Shown in pieces: positions 49,101 through 61,062 of a stretch of 64,000 bases of DNA (positions are counted from its first letter, which is position 1; every line of letters begins with the position of its first letter). The notes under the pieces are model-generated. The model searched no databases. It had not been told where the DNA came from and was given only the letters and a program-made list of their open reading frames with translations. Source of the DNA: Podarcis pityusensis (taxonomy: Eukaryota); NCBI GenBank assembly GCA_964106645.2, contig OZ067042.1; one strand, written 5' to 3'. A program made the position numbers and the translations under genes.

Positions 49101-50959
49101 CCAGCGATTATGCAGCTAGACATTGTTGGACTCCAGATCCCATCGTCCCTGTCTACTGGCCTTGCTGGGACGGATGGGAGTTGGAGTCTAGCATCTCAAG
49201 GGCACCACATTGGTTACCCCTGGTGTAAGTAAACGTAAGAGGGTGGCGTGGAGTTTAGAGAAGTCAGTGGTGAAATCTCTGCTGCCTTGTTTTTTTTTTT
49301 TGCTTTTCCATGGGCTTTATTTTTGCAAAGCTTTCTGGCTAGGCATGCATAAGATTGTGTATATAATACATTAACCAAACTGAAAGTTGTCAACTTCTAT
49401 TTCATAGACTAAAGTTTATCCCAATCTCACTTTTTTATATACTGGCTTTTCTAATTAAGCTGGAGGAATACCTTCATCAAGTATCCTTCTAGATGCTACC
49501 GTACCACATGCCCAGGTAAGATACGGTCTTCTGAAACATTTCAAAATGAACAATAATGAGGTATTAATTTCATACCTGGACTTGTCTTGACTAATTTCCA
49601 CAAAACAAATTATGGTGTAAGAATGTAAGATAAAGAGAAAAATAGAGAAGAGGAACTGAGAAAGAAACAGTTGACGAAGTATACACCCCGACCTACATTG
49701 AGGATGAAGGAAGTCAAATAGAAATCAATAAGAACTGAATTAGGGATGTATCTGTAACATCTGTTTTGCATTTGTAGTTGTAGTATCTTTTTGTTAGTTT
49801 GTTTTGTGAGTGTTGTCTGTGTTGGTATCGGTATAATAAATCAATTAAAAAAGAGAGAGAGAAATTTTAAAAAATGGGGTAAAATAAGGTGGTGCCTCAA
49901 TTAATAGACATTCTGTTTGCCACCAAAGGGAAACAGGAGAAGCCTAGTTTATCAGAAGAGTGTCAAATGAAGACCTTTTTACTGTGTTCCAGAGTCTTAT
50001 TTTGCTTTTCTAAAAGGCAAGATACGCTCTCGCTAGACACAAAAAAGGGATCTTGGGGTTAAATACTCTGCTTAGATGCCATGTGAACTGTGCCTGAGTT
50101 TTCCTAGAGCTCAGTCCTGTTTACAACTTAACAACAAGAAGAAAGGCTCTATAATCATTGATTAAAAAATTAAATGGGTACCCTTGTCTTTCTCCTTCCT
50201 GGTTGTTGGTTTGTTTGTTTTTTTAGATCCTTGTGGTTCTCATCCTTGCCAGAATGGAGGCACATGCATTCAGCAGGGATTAGAAGGATACCACTGTGTC
50301 TGCCCAGTTGGCTTTGGAGGAGATGCTAATTGCGGTATGCCTTTTCATCTTAGGCACCAGTGCTTTGAGGTTGTTGTTTTTTAATGTGTCACGAACATCA
50401 CTCAGTTTCCTGTAACAGTTCTGGTTGTTGTTATTTTTGTTTTATAACAGGGAAGAGACTCGATTTACAAAACAAAACATTAAATGTTTCAGAGGAAGGG
50501 GTTTTTTGTACTGCTTGTTTCTGGTGACTGAGACATGGGGCTCATCCAGATTTCCTTTTGCACCACATTTCTAGGCACAGGTCTGGGCTTTAAAGCTCTG
50601 GATCTGAGCGATTTTATTTTTGCCCCTGCGCTTTCCCCAGGAAAACATGTGTTTTACCACTGAATAAGAGCAAACAGCAAATGGGTTTTGTGTGGATTGC
50701 CATTTGCTCCAAAAAAAAAATAACTGCTTGGACACAGAGCTTTAAAGTCCAGACCTGTGCCTAGAAATAGAGCACAAAAAGAAGTCTATATCAGCCCACG
50801 GTGAAAGCTGTAATCTTAATCACATTCACTGGGAAATAGGTCCCATCAAGGTTAATGGGAATTACTTCCATGTTAGTATAATTAGGAAAAGGATCTGAAG
50901 ATTCTTGATGACAATTTCAGGACATTCAGGCTGCAATTAATTATTTGTTTTTATTTACA

Positions 50960-50996
<37 letters not shown>

Positions 50997-53900
50997 TTGC
51001 TTGGAAGAAAACCTCAAAGTGGTTTAAAACATTAAAATTATCAGTTAAAAACAAATCTTTAAATTGTTAAAAAAATAATTAAAATCAATGCAACGCCAAA
51101 AACCAGATTAAAACATGTTTATATGTCTGGATTGGCTTGCCTAAACAAAAATGTTTTTAGCAGTCACCGAAAAGAGTACCATGAAGGCGCCTGCCTGGTG
51201 TCAATTATAAGCCAGTCTTCCTGGAAATAAGCCCAATTACACTCACTGGAACGTATTTCTGAGCAGACATGTATAAGATAGTGCTGTTAGCTTTGCTTTA
51301 TGTCTTTGCAGCCAACCTGTTGTTGCTGCTTATTTCTCCACACCCAAAGAGTTGGCATGTCTGCAAAAGGCAGCAAACATCAAATAATTGGGGAGGCTGT
51401 TAAAAGGAAGTGCAGCATTCAAAATCGCAGGCCACTCTTGAACTGGCTCTATACATAGAATATTGTTGTGGAGAGCAAGTGTTATTTTTGCTAGGAATTT
51501 CTATGAAGACATGGATCAAGCAATTCATTTCTGGTTGCATATCTTAGGCTGGATCGAAGACACTTCAAAAAGAAGGTTTCAGGAAAACGCATTGTGAACC
51601 TCATAATGGGAAATCACGTTGGCAAAAGACGGAACTCTACAGTGCCATCTGGTGTCACAACACTTTTTAAAAAACTAACGTAGCTGAGTCGTTAGTGGCT
51701 CTTTGTTTGTTAATTGGTTCTGCAGATTCTGCTTATACTGAGATTGGGAGCAAGGCTCAGGATTCTGCACTCTCTCCACTGTGGATAGATCCTACCCTGG
51801 CCTGGGGTGAATGTTACTGTAATTTAAAGTTGGCAAGCCTAAATTATCATAGCTTACTGATTTCAACAGGCTACTCTAGACTCCCTATTAGAAACATCTT
51901 GTTACATTTTTATTTGGACTTCTTAACCCTTTCTTAATACTTTTAAACAAAATTTCCAGCACCCAAGCTGAGTCTAGAATGCAGCGTGGACCTTCTTTTC
52001 CTGGTGGACAGTTCATCCAGTACCACCCTCGAAGGCTTCTTGCGCTATAAAGCTTTCCTGAAGAGGTTTCTCCAAGCCGTGTGGAGTAGAGAGAGCCCAG
52101 GGAATGTGGGTGTGGCCCAGTACAGCAACAATGTCAAAATGGCCATCGGCATTGGAGACCACCAAGATGCACTCAGTCTGGTGAAGGCTGTTGATTCCAT
52201 GCAGTTCAGAGGAGGAAGCACCTTGACTGGCAAAGCTTTGCGGTACGTTACACAGCATGGCTTTAAGAGCGGCCCAGTCTTTGCTGATACACCCGATGAC
52301 CTCCCACGTGTGGTCGTCTTGCTCACGGATTCAAATGCTCAGGATTCGGTGGCAGAGGCAGCTAGGTACAGCAGAGGCCAAGATGTCTTCCTCATTGGAA
52401 TTGGCAGCGAATCTTTGAAAGCAGAGCTGGATAATATTACAGGGAATCCAAAGTGGACACTGATCTACTCATCCCCACAAGATCTCTTCAACAAGATTCC
52501 TGAACTACAAAGGAAAATATGCAGCATAGACAGCCAAGGTAAGGGTTCTAGGTAAGAAAGCATTATCATTTGGTATCTCAGCATCTACTATTGGCTGTCA
52601 GGTCCTGCTATCCACATACTTGCTATCCAGAAATTCACTTATCTGCACTTAAAGAATTCTGCCCAAACCTCACTATATGCTCCACAGATTCACTTATTCG
52701 AACAGCCAATTTCCTTACTTGGTTTGGATTTTTTGTTTGTGATTTGCTGGTCATCATCCCAGCAGCTATTTTCAGGCAGGAGCTATGGAGAGAGGGAAGG
52801 AAAAGCAAGATCAGATGAATCCGAGGCCAGGAAAAAATCAGACAAAACTATGAAAAAGTGGACAAATTGCACATTGGAAGTGTTTCCATAGGAAATAATA
52901 GAAATCGTGGACTTGTTTATGTGACCACTTGCCTAACAAACAATTTCCTGGGAACACATTGTGTCCATAAATCAGTACCTGCATGTATGACTTAAAGAGG
53001 CACTGGTATATTCTGATACATACTTGAAGATGTATGATGGAAAATGGGAACAAAAGGCATCACTTCTCAGCAGTTAATCAAGTCTAGTTGCCTGCAATCA
53101 AAATGGATCTGCTATTTGCTAAGCCATCTCAGAGGCTTAGCTGAGCTTTTCTTCAGAACAAATTCTGAGAAGGTGGTGCTAGTGAATGCTTCCATGGCCT
53201 TTGCTGATCAGAGGGAATTGATTCAGATCTTTATCTATACCTTCTAAGATGATGAAACGTCTATAGTTTTTCTAAGCAAATTATGAGTTAACTAATTAGA
53301 ACAGGCATCCCCAAACTCGGCCCTCCAGATGTTTTGGGACTACAGTTCCCATCGTCCCTGACCACTGGTCCTGTTAGCTAGGGATGCTGGGAGTTGTAGT
53401 CCCAAAACATCTGGAGGGCTGAGTTTGGGGAATGCCTGATTTGGAAGATTGTTTTAGTTTGACTGAGCTATTTAGAAATGAACTAAATGTTGGGTTTATT
53501 CTGATATTTGTTACATTTTTCTCCCTTCCTTCAGTGGCTTCAGGCTGGCATACATTTTAATTCTAACAACAGCCCTGTGAGGTAGGTTAGACTGAGAGGT
53601 GGTCGCTGGCCCAAGCTCACCTTGGTGAGCCTCAGAACCAAGCAGGAACTTGAATGTGATCCAATATTCTAGCACTGGCTTTGCCTCACCTTACTGCTTG
53701 CTCAGTGCCGTTTAATTTTTACAATTCAAAAGAAATCTGCTGTTCTAAGACTCCTGCCTTTCTAAATTTAGCCCGAACTAATGTCTATATGACCTTATGC
53801 AAATACCATTCCCTTTCATTTGACTGTGTTTTAGATGCCTTCCAGCTATTCAGACTATTGAGCCATGTTCTCAGAAGCTTAATGCTGCTCCTTCCTTACT

Positions 53901-56900
53901 TCCTTCCTTCCTTAGGCTGCCCATCTCAGTCTATGGACTTGGTATTTGCTTTGGACTCTTCAGCTTCTGTTGGAAGGAATAACTTTGTGCAGCTGAAAAC
54001 CTTTGTCAGCAGCCTCTCTCTCCAATTTGACATCAATCGGGATGTGACTCAGGTAGGCCTTGTTGTCTTTGGGAAAAGGCCTCACACCACGTTTGGGCTG
54101 GACACACACGTGACCAGCTCAGATCTCCATGAAGCCATCAGTCAAGCTCCCTTTGTAGGTGGCTCTGCCTCGGTTGGCAGCTCCTTGCTCCATATTTATG
54201 ACGATCTCATGACTGTCCAAAAAGGAGCGAGGCCTGGTGTGAAGAAGATTGTGGTGGTGGTCACAAGTGGAGCTGGAGTGGAGGATGCCGTTGTCCCAGC
54301 TCAACAGCTACGTAATAATGATGTATCGCTACTGGTTATTGGGATGGAACAAGTTCAAGTGAGCTCATTGCTGAGGATTGCAGGTTCTCACAATAATCTC
54401 TTGAGGATTCCTTCCTATGAAGAGCTAAAAAATAATGAAGAACTTATCCTTGAAAGAATATGTGATGGTAAGATGATTATTTTGACTTTAGGGTTGTATC
54501 TGTATACAATGAATAGAATAAAACCACATTTCTTTATTAATACCTTCATTTTATTATTATTTTGGATAACCCTTTGCCCAGTGTAACCTGGAGCCAGCCC
54601 TTCTTTCCCTGCATATGCCCATAAGCCATGGGTTGCTAATCTGCAACCTTCCAAATGTTATTGGGTTACAGCTCCCAGTATTCAATTTGTGATGGTTCAG
54701 GGTGATGGGAGTTGGAGTCTTAACATCTGGAAGGACTACAGGCTTGTCACTTCTATCATAATAAATCATATATTATTATTTTGTAGAATTCACATTTGTT
54801 TCTTGGTTTATCACCAATATCAAGTGTCCGAAGGGGCTGGCTAAATATCAATTTACAGTGAATTAGAAGTGCATTGTACATATCAAGTACCAGTAAAGTA
54901 CATTACTTGAAACATCAGTGCAATAAAATTACAGTGCTAGTCTGGACATTTCCAAATTTGAGCCATATTTAGTTCTTGAATTTGAAATGCCAATTGATTT
55001 CAGGGCTACCTTTTCTGATGTAAGCATACTTCTGAGAAAAAGAAGAAGAAAAATAAGATCTATGCTTCAGCACTACCTAACAACCACATATGCCTAACCC
55101 CCCCTTCTTTGAAGTTGAAAAGAAGCCACATTAAACACTTCTTCCCCTTCGTGTTTAAACCATCTTCAAATCAGTATTTGCCATGTGTCTGATTATCTGT
55201 TTCACCTTTTAAGCCATTGTTCATCCAAGATTAGTGCGTATTCTTAACACATCAAACAGGGATTGCTTGTGGTAAATGGCAAAAGGACTAACTGGTCTTT
55301 CACGGGCTGGTGTGCTTTGTTTACAAAACAACTCAAGATGAGACTGAACTTGTAGTCTTTGAAGAACTGCAGCTTAGTCATTTATTTAATGATTGGTAAG
55401 GTGATGTGCTGTCAGATCCTGTGTGTGAAGGAAGGGCATGTGATGGTACAAATGGGGACCAGGAACAGTAATTGTGAGTTGAGGAGGGTCTGTAGAAAGT
55501 TCTGGAGCAGGACGCTGGCATCCCTAATTCCAGCAAAAGTTTCAGCTGTGATTTTGGCTGTGTGAAATTTAAGTAATGCACTCAGTGTATAGCTTTGTCC
55601 TAGGTGTGAGACTTTCCCTCTTCTAAGGCTGTAAGGCGTTTCTGCAATACCAGGAGATGTGTTCACTGATTTCCATCGCCACAGAACAACTGGAATCCTG
55701 CGGCATTAAGAAAGCTTCGATTTCTTTCTTCTTGCGCCTGCCAGTCAACATGACTTGTTGTTTTCTTTTGTCTGTTGCAGAGGCCAAGAAGCCAGCAAAC
55801 CTCTGCAAACCCAACCCCTGCATGAATGATGGAGTTTGTGTTTCTGGAAATGGCAGCTACTGGTGTCGGTGCCAAGGCTGGGTAGGACCTCACTGTGAAA
55901 ACAGTAAGCATCAAAGTACAGTAAGCCAAAAGGCATTTAGGCCTCCTCCCTCATTTAGATTCATTGTCCCCATCTGAAACAAATGATCCCTGAAGAATCC
56001 ACTTGCTCTGTACCTTTGCCCCAGATAAAGTCAATTCATTTCCATTTAGATCACATTCCTAAAAGTATGCTGAAAAAGGGAGGGTGGGGAAATTAAATAA
56101 GCTTCATAGTATCAAATTTTACGGTTGACTGGTAAATGTACTTTTGGCTTGTTCTCTTCACAAATACTAATCTTAAATGACTCACTGCAATCTTCTTAAA
56201 CCCATATATTTCTTAGGTTTAATTGGCACACTCTTTCACTAAGATCTTGTTGGATCTCATTCCAAAAGAGTCAGCTTGTTACAGCAAAAGCAGAACAGCC
56301 GAGCATGTAGTGCGCACTGTATTTGTTTTGCTGAACAAGAGGCGCTCCGCATGTGCAATGCCTCTTTTCTGCATTGACCTATTTGGAAGGATCAGGAAGC
56401 ATAGGAGGAGGCCTACAATTGTCTTCCTGTGAGGTTGGCGCTTTGAGCATGTCCTTGTTGCTGCACAGATGACACCAGCCTCACAAAGCAGGTTGCATCC
56501 ACCAGTCAAGGTGCTCCTGACATCCTTTAGGATGCTTGAGACCAAATACCAAAAGAGAAGAGTACTCACATATTTGCTTCCACTCCCACATATCTTTATC
56601 TGTAAAAATGTCATTGTTTTCTGGGATTCCTTTTTGATCTCATAACTTACCCCTTGCAATATTCCCTGCGTTGTATTACTAAATTGCCAGAAGCATGACA
56701 AATGGAACTTGATTGCTGAAGAAACCTTAATAATCGGTAGTGCAAACAAGACCTTACCTCATTGGAAAATATACTTGTGAAATCTTTGGGTGTTGGGAGG
56801 AGCCATAATATGGATAGTCTTAATGATGAAAGAGTTAACTGATATATAGCTGAAGTTGACCTTTTCGGTCCCTGCTAGGTTGTCAATGGACTAAGTGAAG

Positions 56901-57182
56901 CAACTTCACTACAGACCTACAGACTCATTTGTAGGCCTCATTTCAACCTGTTGGAAAAATGAAAAGGCTTCATTTAAAATTCATGTTTCATTTCTGTATG
57001 TAGGAAAACCATATTTGACTGTTTGCTCTGGGAAACAATCATTCTTTATTTTTAATATAGGAATTCAGAGGGGTGACACTTCACAGATGCATCCAGCCAT
57101 GGTCCGTGCTCCACAAAACCGACGCGGCTGGCGACAGCTGTATCGATCTCGCAAGCATTCCAAAAGGCAAATTCCTCACTGA
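33584..57182 (+). CDS. VWA2: von Willebrand factor A domain-containing protein 2 (AMACO), complete, 13 coding exons, 790 aa
   Basis: Signal peptide-VWA1-Cys-rich-EGF-VWA2-VWA3-EGF-tail; exon lengths sum to 2373 nt, in frame; located between TDRD1 and AFAP1L2. Confidence 0.97.
34591..34690. mobile_element. Short palindromic MITE
   Basis: GGTGGTATT...AATACCACC ends with internal GAGTAGACCCA/TGGGTCTACTC arms; remnant near 58830-58905. Confidence 0.6.
34824..35142. mobile_element. GC-rich hAT-like non-autonomous element
   Basis: CAGGGGTGGAG...CTACGCCGCTG ends; 8-bp TSD CCTGTCC(T/C). Confidence 0.8.
35257..35331 (+). CDS. VWA2: VWA2 exon (ALVSWSIQELHVNQETIEKISAAGQ)
   Basis: 75 nt, ttatag / C|gtgagt; resembles mammalian QEVHVSKETIGKISAA. 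Confidence 0.93.
36398..36536. mobile_element. hAT-like MITE
   Basis: CAGTG...CACTG ends; 8-bp TSD CCTCTAT(G/T). Confidence 0.75.
37095..37492 (-). mobile_element. CR1 LINE 3' fragment
   Basis: ORF2 end FSLEKRRLRGDMIAMFKY...NFLTVRAV and ATTCTATG octamer tail, diagnostic of CR1. Confidence 0.93.
38376..38617. mobile_element. Tc1/mariner MITE, copy A
   Basis: TA|CAGTGGTACCTC ... GAGGTACCACTG|TA. Confidence 0.9.
39358..39570. mobile_element. Same MITE family, inverted relative to copy A, one end truncated
   Basis: Reverse complement of 38376-38590; ends GAGGTACCATTG|TA. Confidence 0.88.
39728..39861 (+). CDS. VWA2: VWA2 exon, VWA1 start with MIDAS DGSYS
   Basis: 134 nt, gccag / AAG|gtgagc. 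Confidence 0.96.
40106..40215 (+). CDS. VWA2: VWA2 exon (VRVGAIQFSNTPHLEFPL...IVF)
   Basis: 110 nt, tttcag / AA|gtaaga. Confidence 0.96.
43062..43497 (-). mobile_element. Rex1/Babar-like LINE 3' fragment with (ATT)n tail
   Basis: ORF end ...DPSHPGHCLFELLPSGRRYRTMKTRTSRLKNSFF.RAI typical of Rex1/Babar RT C-termini; 3' hairpin, AATAAA, (ATT)~14 tail. Confidence 0.8.
44333..44570. mobile_element. Tc1/mariner MITE, family of 113-321
   Basis: TA|CAGTGGAACCTC ... GGTATGACTG|TA. Confidence 0.85.
44609..44846. mobile_element. Tc1/mariner MITE, same family as copy A, inverted relative to it
   Basis: TA|CAGTGGTACCTCGGGTTA ... TAACCCGAGGTACCACTG|TA. Confidence 0.9.
45267..45461 (+). CDS. VWA2: VWA2 exon (GGRTETGLAL...ILTDGRSQG...VSFP)
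   Basis: 195 nt, ctcag / AG|gtaagt. Confidence 0.96.
46266..46399 (+). CDS. VWA2: VWA2 exon (WEELQALASEP...CRAAFP)
   Basis: 134 nt, tgcag / G|gtaaaa. Confidence 0.95.
47733..47865 (+). CDS. VWA2: VWA2 exon, Cys-rich domain (GCGAESHSCER...LCPFY)
   Basis: 133 nt, ccccag / AA|gtgagt. Confidence 0.94.
49460..49515 (+). CDS. VWA2: VWA2 exon (NWRNTFIKYPSRCYRTTCP)
   Basis: 56 nt, weak AAG acceptor / G|gtaaga; CYRTTCP conserved. Confidence 0.93.
50227..50334 (+). CDS. VWA2: VWA2 exon, EGF1 (DPCGSHPCQNGGTC...DANC)
   Basis: 108 nt, six-Cys EGF pattern, ttttag / G|gtatgc. Confidence 0.96.
50537..50797. mobile_element. Palindromic MITE, possibly PIF/Harbinger-like
   Basis: GGGCT...AGCCC ends; 34-bp arms 50567-50600 and 50735-50768 with one mismatch. 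Confidence 0.7.
50962..50994. repeat. (CA)n microsatellite
   Basis: ~16 units. Confidence 0.95.
51960..52538 (+). CDS. VWA2: VWA2 exon, second VWA domain (DLLFLVDSSSS...LLTDS)
   Basis: 579 nt, ttccag / G|gtaagg. Confidence 0.97.
53302..53438. mobile_element. Palindromic hAT-like MITE
   Basis: Near-perfect ~55-bp arms, CAGGCAT...ATGCCTG ends, degenerate 8-bp TSD. Confidence 0.85.
53510..53690 (-). mobile_element. MIR/CORE-like SINE remnant
   Basis: ACAACAGCCCTGTGAGGTAGG...GCCCAAGCTCAC resembles the CORE-SINE central domain. Confidence 0.5.
53916..54467 (+). CDS. VWA2: VWA2 exon, third VWA domain (DLVFALDSSAS...RICD)
   Basis: 552 nt, ccttag / G|gtaaga. Confidence 0.97.
55781..55903 (+). CDS. 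VWA2: VWA2 exon, EGF2 (EAKKPANLCKPNPC...HCEN)
   Basis: 123 nt, ttgcag / A|gtaagc. Confidence 0.96.
57061..57182 (+). CDS. VWA2: VWA2 last coding exon (RIQRGDT...KRQIPH*)
   Basis: tttttaatatag acceptor, phase 1, RGD motif, TGA. Confidence 0.88.
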
Positions 57183-57931
57183 CTATCTTCAGCTACTGAA
57201 AACATTGTATGAAAGAACTGAAACACAGTCAACGTTTGCAAGCAATAATGGTGTTCCCCAAAGCACAGGAGTTTTGCACAGAATCACTTCCTGGTACGCC
57301 AAATGAGGTGACCAATATCTAGTTTGTGTTGATATTAGATATTTATTGTTGCTGTACTGACACTTTCACCATTTAAGGTCAGCGTTTCTTCTGTACGGTG
57401 AGTTCCATAGCTCTGAAGATTTCAGTTTCTGTAGTGGATTGGACAATCTTGGGAAAGTTGGTACCATTTTAAAGTTCAGATGAAACCAGCAAAATGACTA
57501 AGGTTTGATTTATATTGTTTACAGATGCCTGAATTTCCCTGACCATCGAGAAGTTCCAGGCATGCAGTGCTTACTTGGGTTTGGTTTCCTTGGGAAGGAG
57601 GTCACTGGAGGCTTATGCCTTCTTTTAATTATTTGAATTTATTTACAAATATGCAGGTTAAAAAAATGTGATAGCTTTAAGTTTAAGCCTTAAACTCTAA
57701 TATATAGCCAAAGTCCACTGCTCCCCCATTGGATCTTCACAGCGAAGCCCCCTCCAAAGGCACTTCCCTTCTGTGTCTGACATCCCAACTCAGAATGAAG
57801 TCCACTCACAGCTAAATTGCCATCTGCCCCTGGATTGAGGTGGAGGAAATGAGGGTGGCTCATTTTCTCCAATTAATTTTTCTAATCAATTATCAAGCTT
57901 CCCAATCCACTGGCTGCAAGAATCCTTTTGC

Positions 57932-57937
57932 AATAAA
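57932..57937 (+). terminator. Candidate VWA2 poly(A) signal AATAAA
   Basis: First AATAAA noticed after the VWA2 stop. Confidence 0.4.
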
Positions 57938-60900
57938 TTCTATCAATTTGACTAAACAGTGTGCAACTATTTAGAAAAACGGGCACCACCTCATCACTTT
58001 ATTAGGAATGGCTTCCTTTGCAGCATGCAACCTGTGCTTGCAAAAGCAATCTGTTGGCTAGCTCTGGTTATTGGTTGTACGTCGCTTGTGGTACAACCAA
58101 CACCCAGAACATGTGCCATGCTCTATTCTTTTCTGTGTTGTCCTCTGTATGTTGTTGTTTGTTTGTTTTTCGCTCTGCATCTTCTGTCTGTAGGAAGAAA
58201 ACTTGTTAAATTGGGCCTGACAAGCATTTTGCAGTTCTAAAGCACCACATCAGCAGCTCACCTGTTGCAATATTTAATAAGCATTTGACTTTCTGCACCA
58301 GCTTCATTTAGTTATTTTTCACATTATGTTACTGCACGATGGAATGGCATAACTTGGGAAAATGCTGATCAGTAATAAGAGGAATTGGGTATGAGGTTAA
58401 GATGGGTATAAAGCTGTTTTGAAATGTTGAATCTACTGGATTGAGGGTTTTGTTTGTTTGTTTGTTATACCACCAAATCCATATCAGTTTTCTATTTATC
58501 TCGCTGAAGCAGTGCTCTTAGTTTTGCCAGTTGCAGCCCTACCACATTTTATCTGTGTTAAGGATATAAACATGTAAGGTTTCTGAAGTAGGTTTCGTTC
58601 TCTAGTGCAGGGGTAGCTTTCAGTTCTTGGAATGTATTTTTGTTTATCTGCAGATATTGGGACAGCTGAGCAGAGGGAATATAGACACAGCTGAGCTATT
58701 CAAACAAGGTACGAAGACAAGTTTCACCACTCTGCTCCCAGTGCCCTTATATGCCATTCCAACCTTCCTGCACTGTAGTGTTGTTTTGTGTTTTTATTAT
58801 ACCTTTTTAAAAAAGTTTATGCCGTATGAATAGACCCACTGAAAGCAGCAGGCTAAAATCCATTTATTTCATTGGATCTACTCTGACTAAGGTTGGACAT
58901 CCACCCATTTTGATTATATTGGCTCTCCTATTGAGGCAGATAGGAAAGTCAAAATGGTTGAAAATAAAGAGTAAATTTCAGAGTGCTAAGATTGCATCCA
59001 TCACTAGCAAACCTATCTAAAATGATGAAACAGTAGGCACCCAAAAATATTTAGAACAAGGTGAAAATCTGAGGCAGCATCTGCACCCAGTTTTGCCCAT
59101 CTAGGGAGTCGTAAGACATTCCAGCGCTCAGCCTTCCCTTGCAACAGTTCCTTTTTCCCAGCATGTACAGCATCCAACACTGATTGCAAGTAGGCTTGAT
59201 GTTTCTTCATAGCCGCAAATGGACACTAAGGTTTGCTTCTCTGCTGGAGTTTTGTAATCAGAAGAGTTTGTGCAATTTTCTCTTAACCTGAGGTTTGCAG
59301 TAGGCTGCTCCCTCCCTAGGCTGCTTAATCAAGCCTTCAGAGCAAGCTGGATGAGAAGTGTTTTTTATTAGGGGAAAATTTGTGTAAAAGATAAGACTGG
59401 CCTTTCTACACAAAACAGCAGCAGCTTCTACTTACTTTCCATTCTAAGAGGGCCCCCCAGTGGACAAAAGGGTGTTTTTCCGCCCTCCTTTTTGAACTCC
59501 CAGAGAGTATTTATTTTCATCAAAGAGAGTTTTGGATGTATGTTAACATGGCCACACAGCAAAAAGGTTTGGCTGTATATGGGCCTGCAAAGTTAAACGT
59601 TATAGACAGACACTGCTTGGTTTTCTCTCTCGTTTTTTGGACTATGTAATGATTTTTACACGCACGCTTAGATTATAGCCAACCTTTTTCTTTATTAAAA
59701 AAAACTTTTCTAAAATAGCAATGGATTGAAAAGACACATGTACAACAAATAGAAAGTATTTTTAGCTAGGAACACAGTAACAACTTCATTCTATGGTGAG
59801 TTAAATGAACGCTTTGGGTCTGAAACTGCCTGCTTTACATATTGACTTTCTGTGTCCCTGGCCCGCCCCCCCCCCCCCACTATCAGCTATAGTGTTGAGG
59901 TGGAGGAAACACAGCGCTGTGTGTCAGGATGAGATCTGTGGCACAGATGCTGGGGTACACCTCTGGCACCTACCCCCTTGATGCTTCCAGTTTCTCAGGG
60001 CACCTGAGGACCAAAACTTTATTGACCCCTCTGCCTCCCCTGCCCTTATTCCCCCATCTTAAACACTTGCGCCAGCAAAGAGAGACAAATGCAGTACAGA
60101 CACCACAAGACATGTACAATGGCAGTGACAAGGCGCACACTGGCACAATTAATTCCTAGGGTCAATGTAGACCCATTACTTCAACAACTGTGGATGCTAC
60201 TTGTATGACAAATGGTAAAATACCTGTTGCTTTCAGAATGGTGCCACACATGGTATAGCTCTTTCAGATGGGCCTGTAACCTGTGGATAGTGGATATGCT
60301 TGTACTGTGGTTTTAAAAAGCCTGGTTTTTAAAAAAAATACACGGTGATTACATTACACAGGTGGCTTTTTAGCTTAAATGATATATTGTCTGCAAACTT
60401 AAACTGTTCTCCCCTGATAAAGTAACCCCCTGGAGATTGTTTCCCTCTCAAAAGAAGAAAGGAGAAAATGTATACTCACAGATCTAGGGTTTCTGCCCGC
60501 CTTGTGAGTTTCTGGCCTTTCCAATTGATGCCCCAATGATCCAGACAGCATTAAGTACTTCTAAGACTACAATCCTATGCATGCTGACCTGGCACAAGTC
60601 AATGGGGTATACATACTAAGAAAGCAAACATGGTTAAACAGCAAATTCTTATTGATTGTCAGGGTACCTGCTTAGGCACATGCTTGACTGATTTTGGCTG
60701 AATCTTGGAGCTAAAGGGGGGGGGGGGAGAAAGATGGTTTACAAATGGCAGAAGACTGGTGTGGGATGAAAAATCCTGTGTGAATATTCCTTTCCACCCC
60801 ACCACCTATTTCTGGAGCAATAAGAGAACTCCCAGCAAAGTAGTAGAGCAGGAGTCACTCAGTGCCTAGAAGTCACAGCAGTTAATTAAATCAAAGTACA

Positions 60901-61056
60901 CCAATTGCTGTACACTGCCCTATGTTATCAGTATTTCCCCAGGGGCAAATATCGCTTCTACTGCTGAGGGGGGAAAGCTGTTTTTTCATAATAAACTACG
61001 TAGTTTGGGGAAAGATGTTTGGAGATCCTGCAGTGACTGACCAGCAGGAGTGCACA

Positions 61057-61062
61057 TTTATT
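61057..61062 (-). terminator. Candidate AFAP1L2 poly(A) signal AATAAA (3' UTR ~1.9 kb)
   Basis: TTTATT on + strand at the end of a long AU-rich tract downstream of the AFAP1L2 stop. Confidence 0.5.

Noticed and set aside
53681-53915. N-terminal extension of the 301-aa ORF
   Set aside because: Intronic read-through; the exon starts after the polypyrimidine tract and AG at 53915
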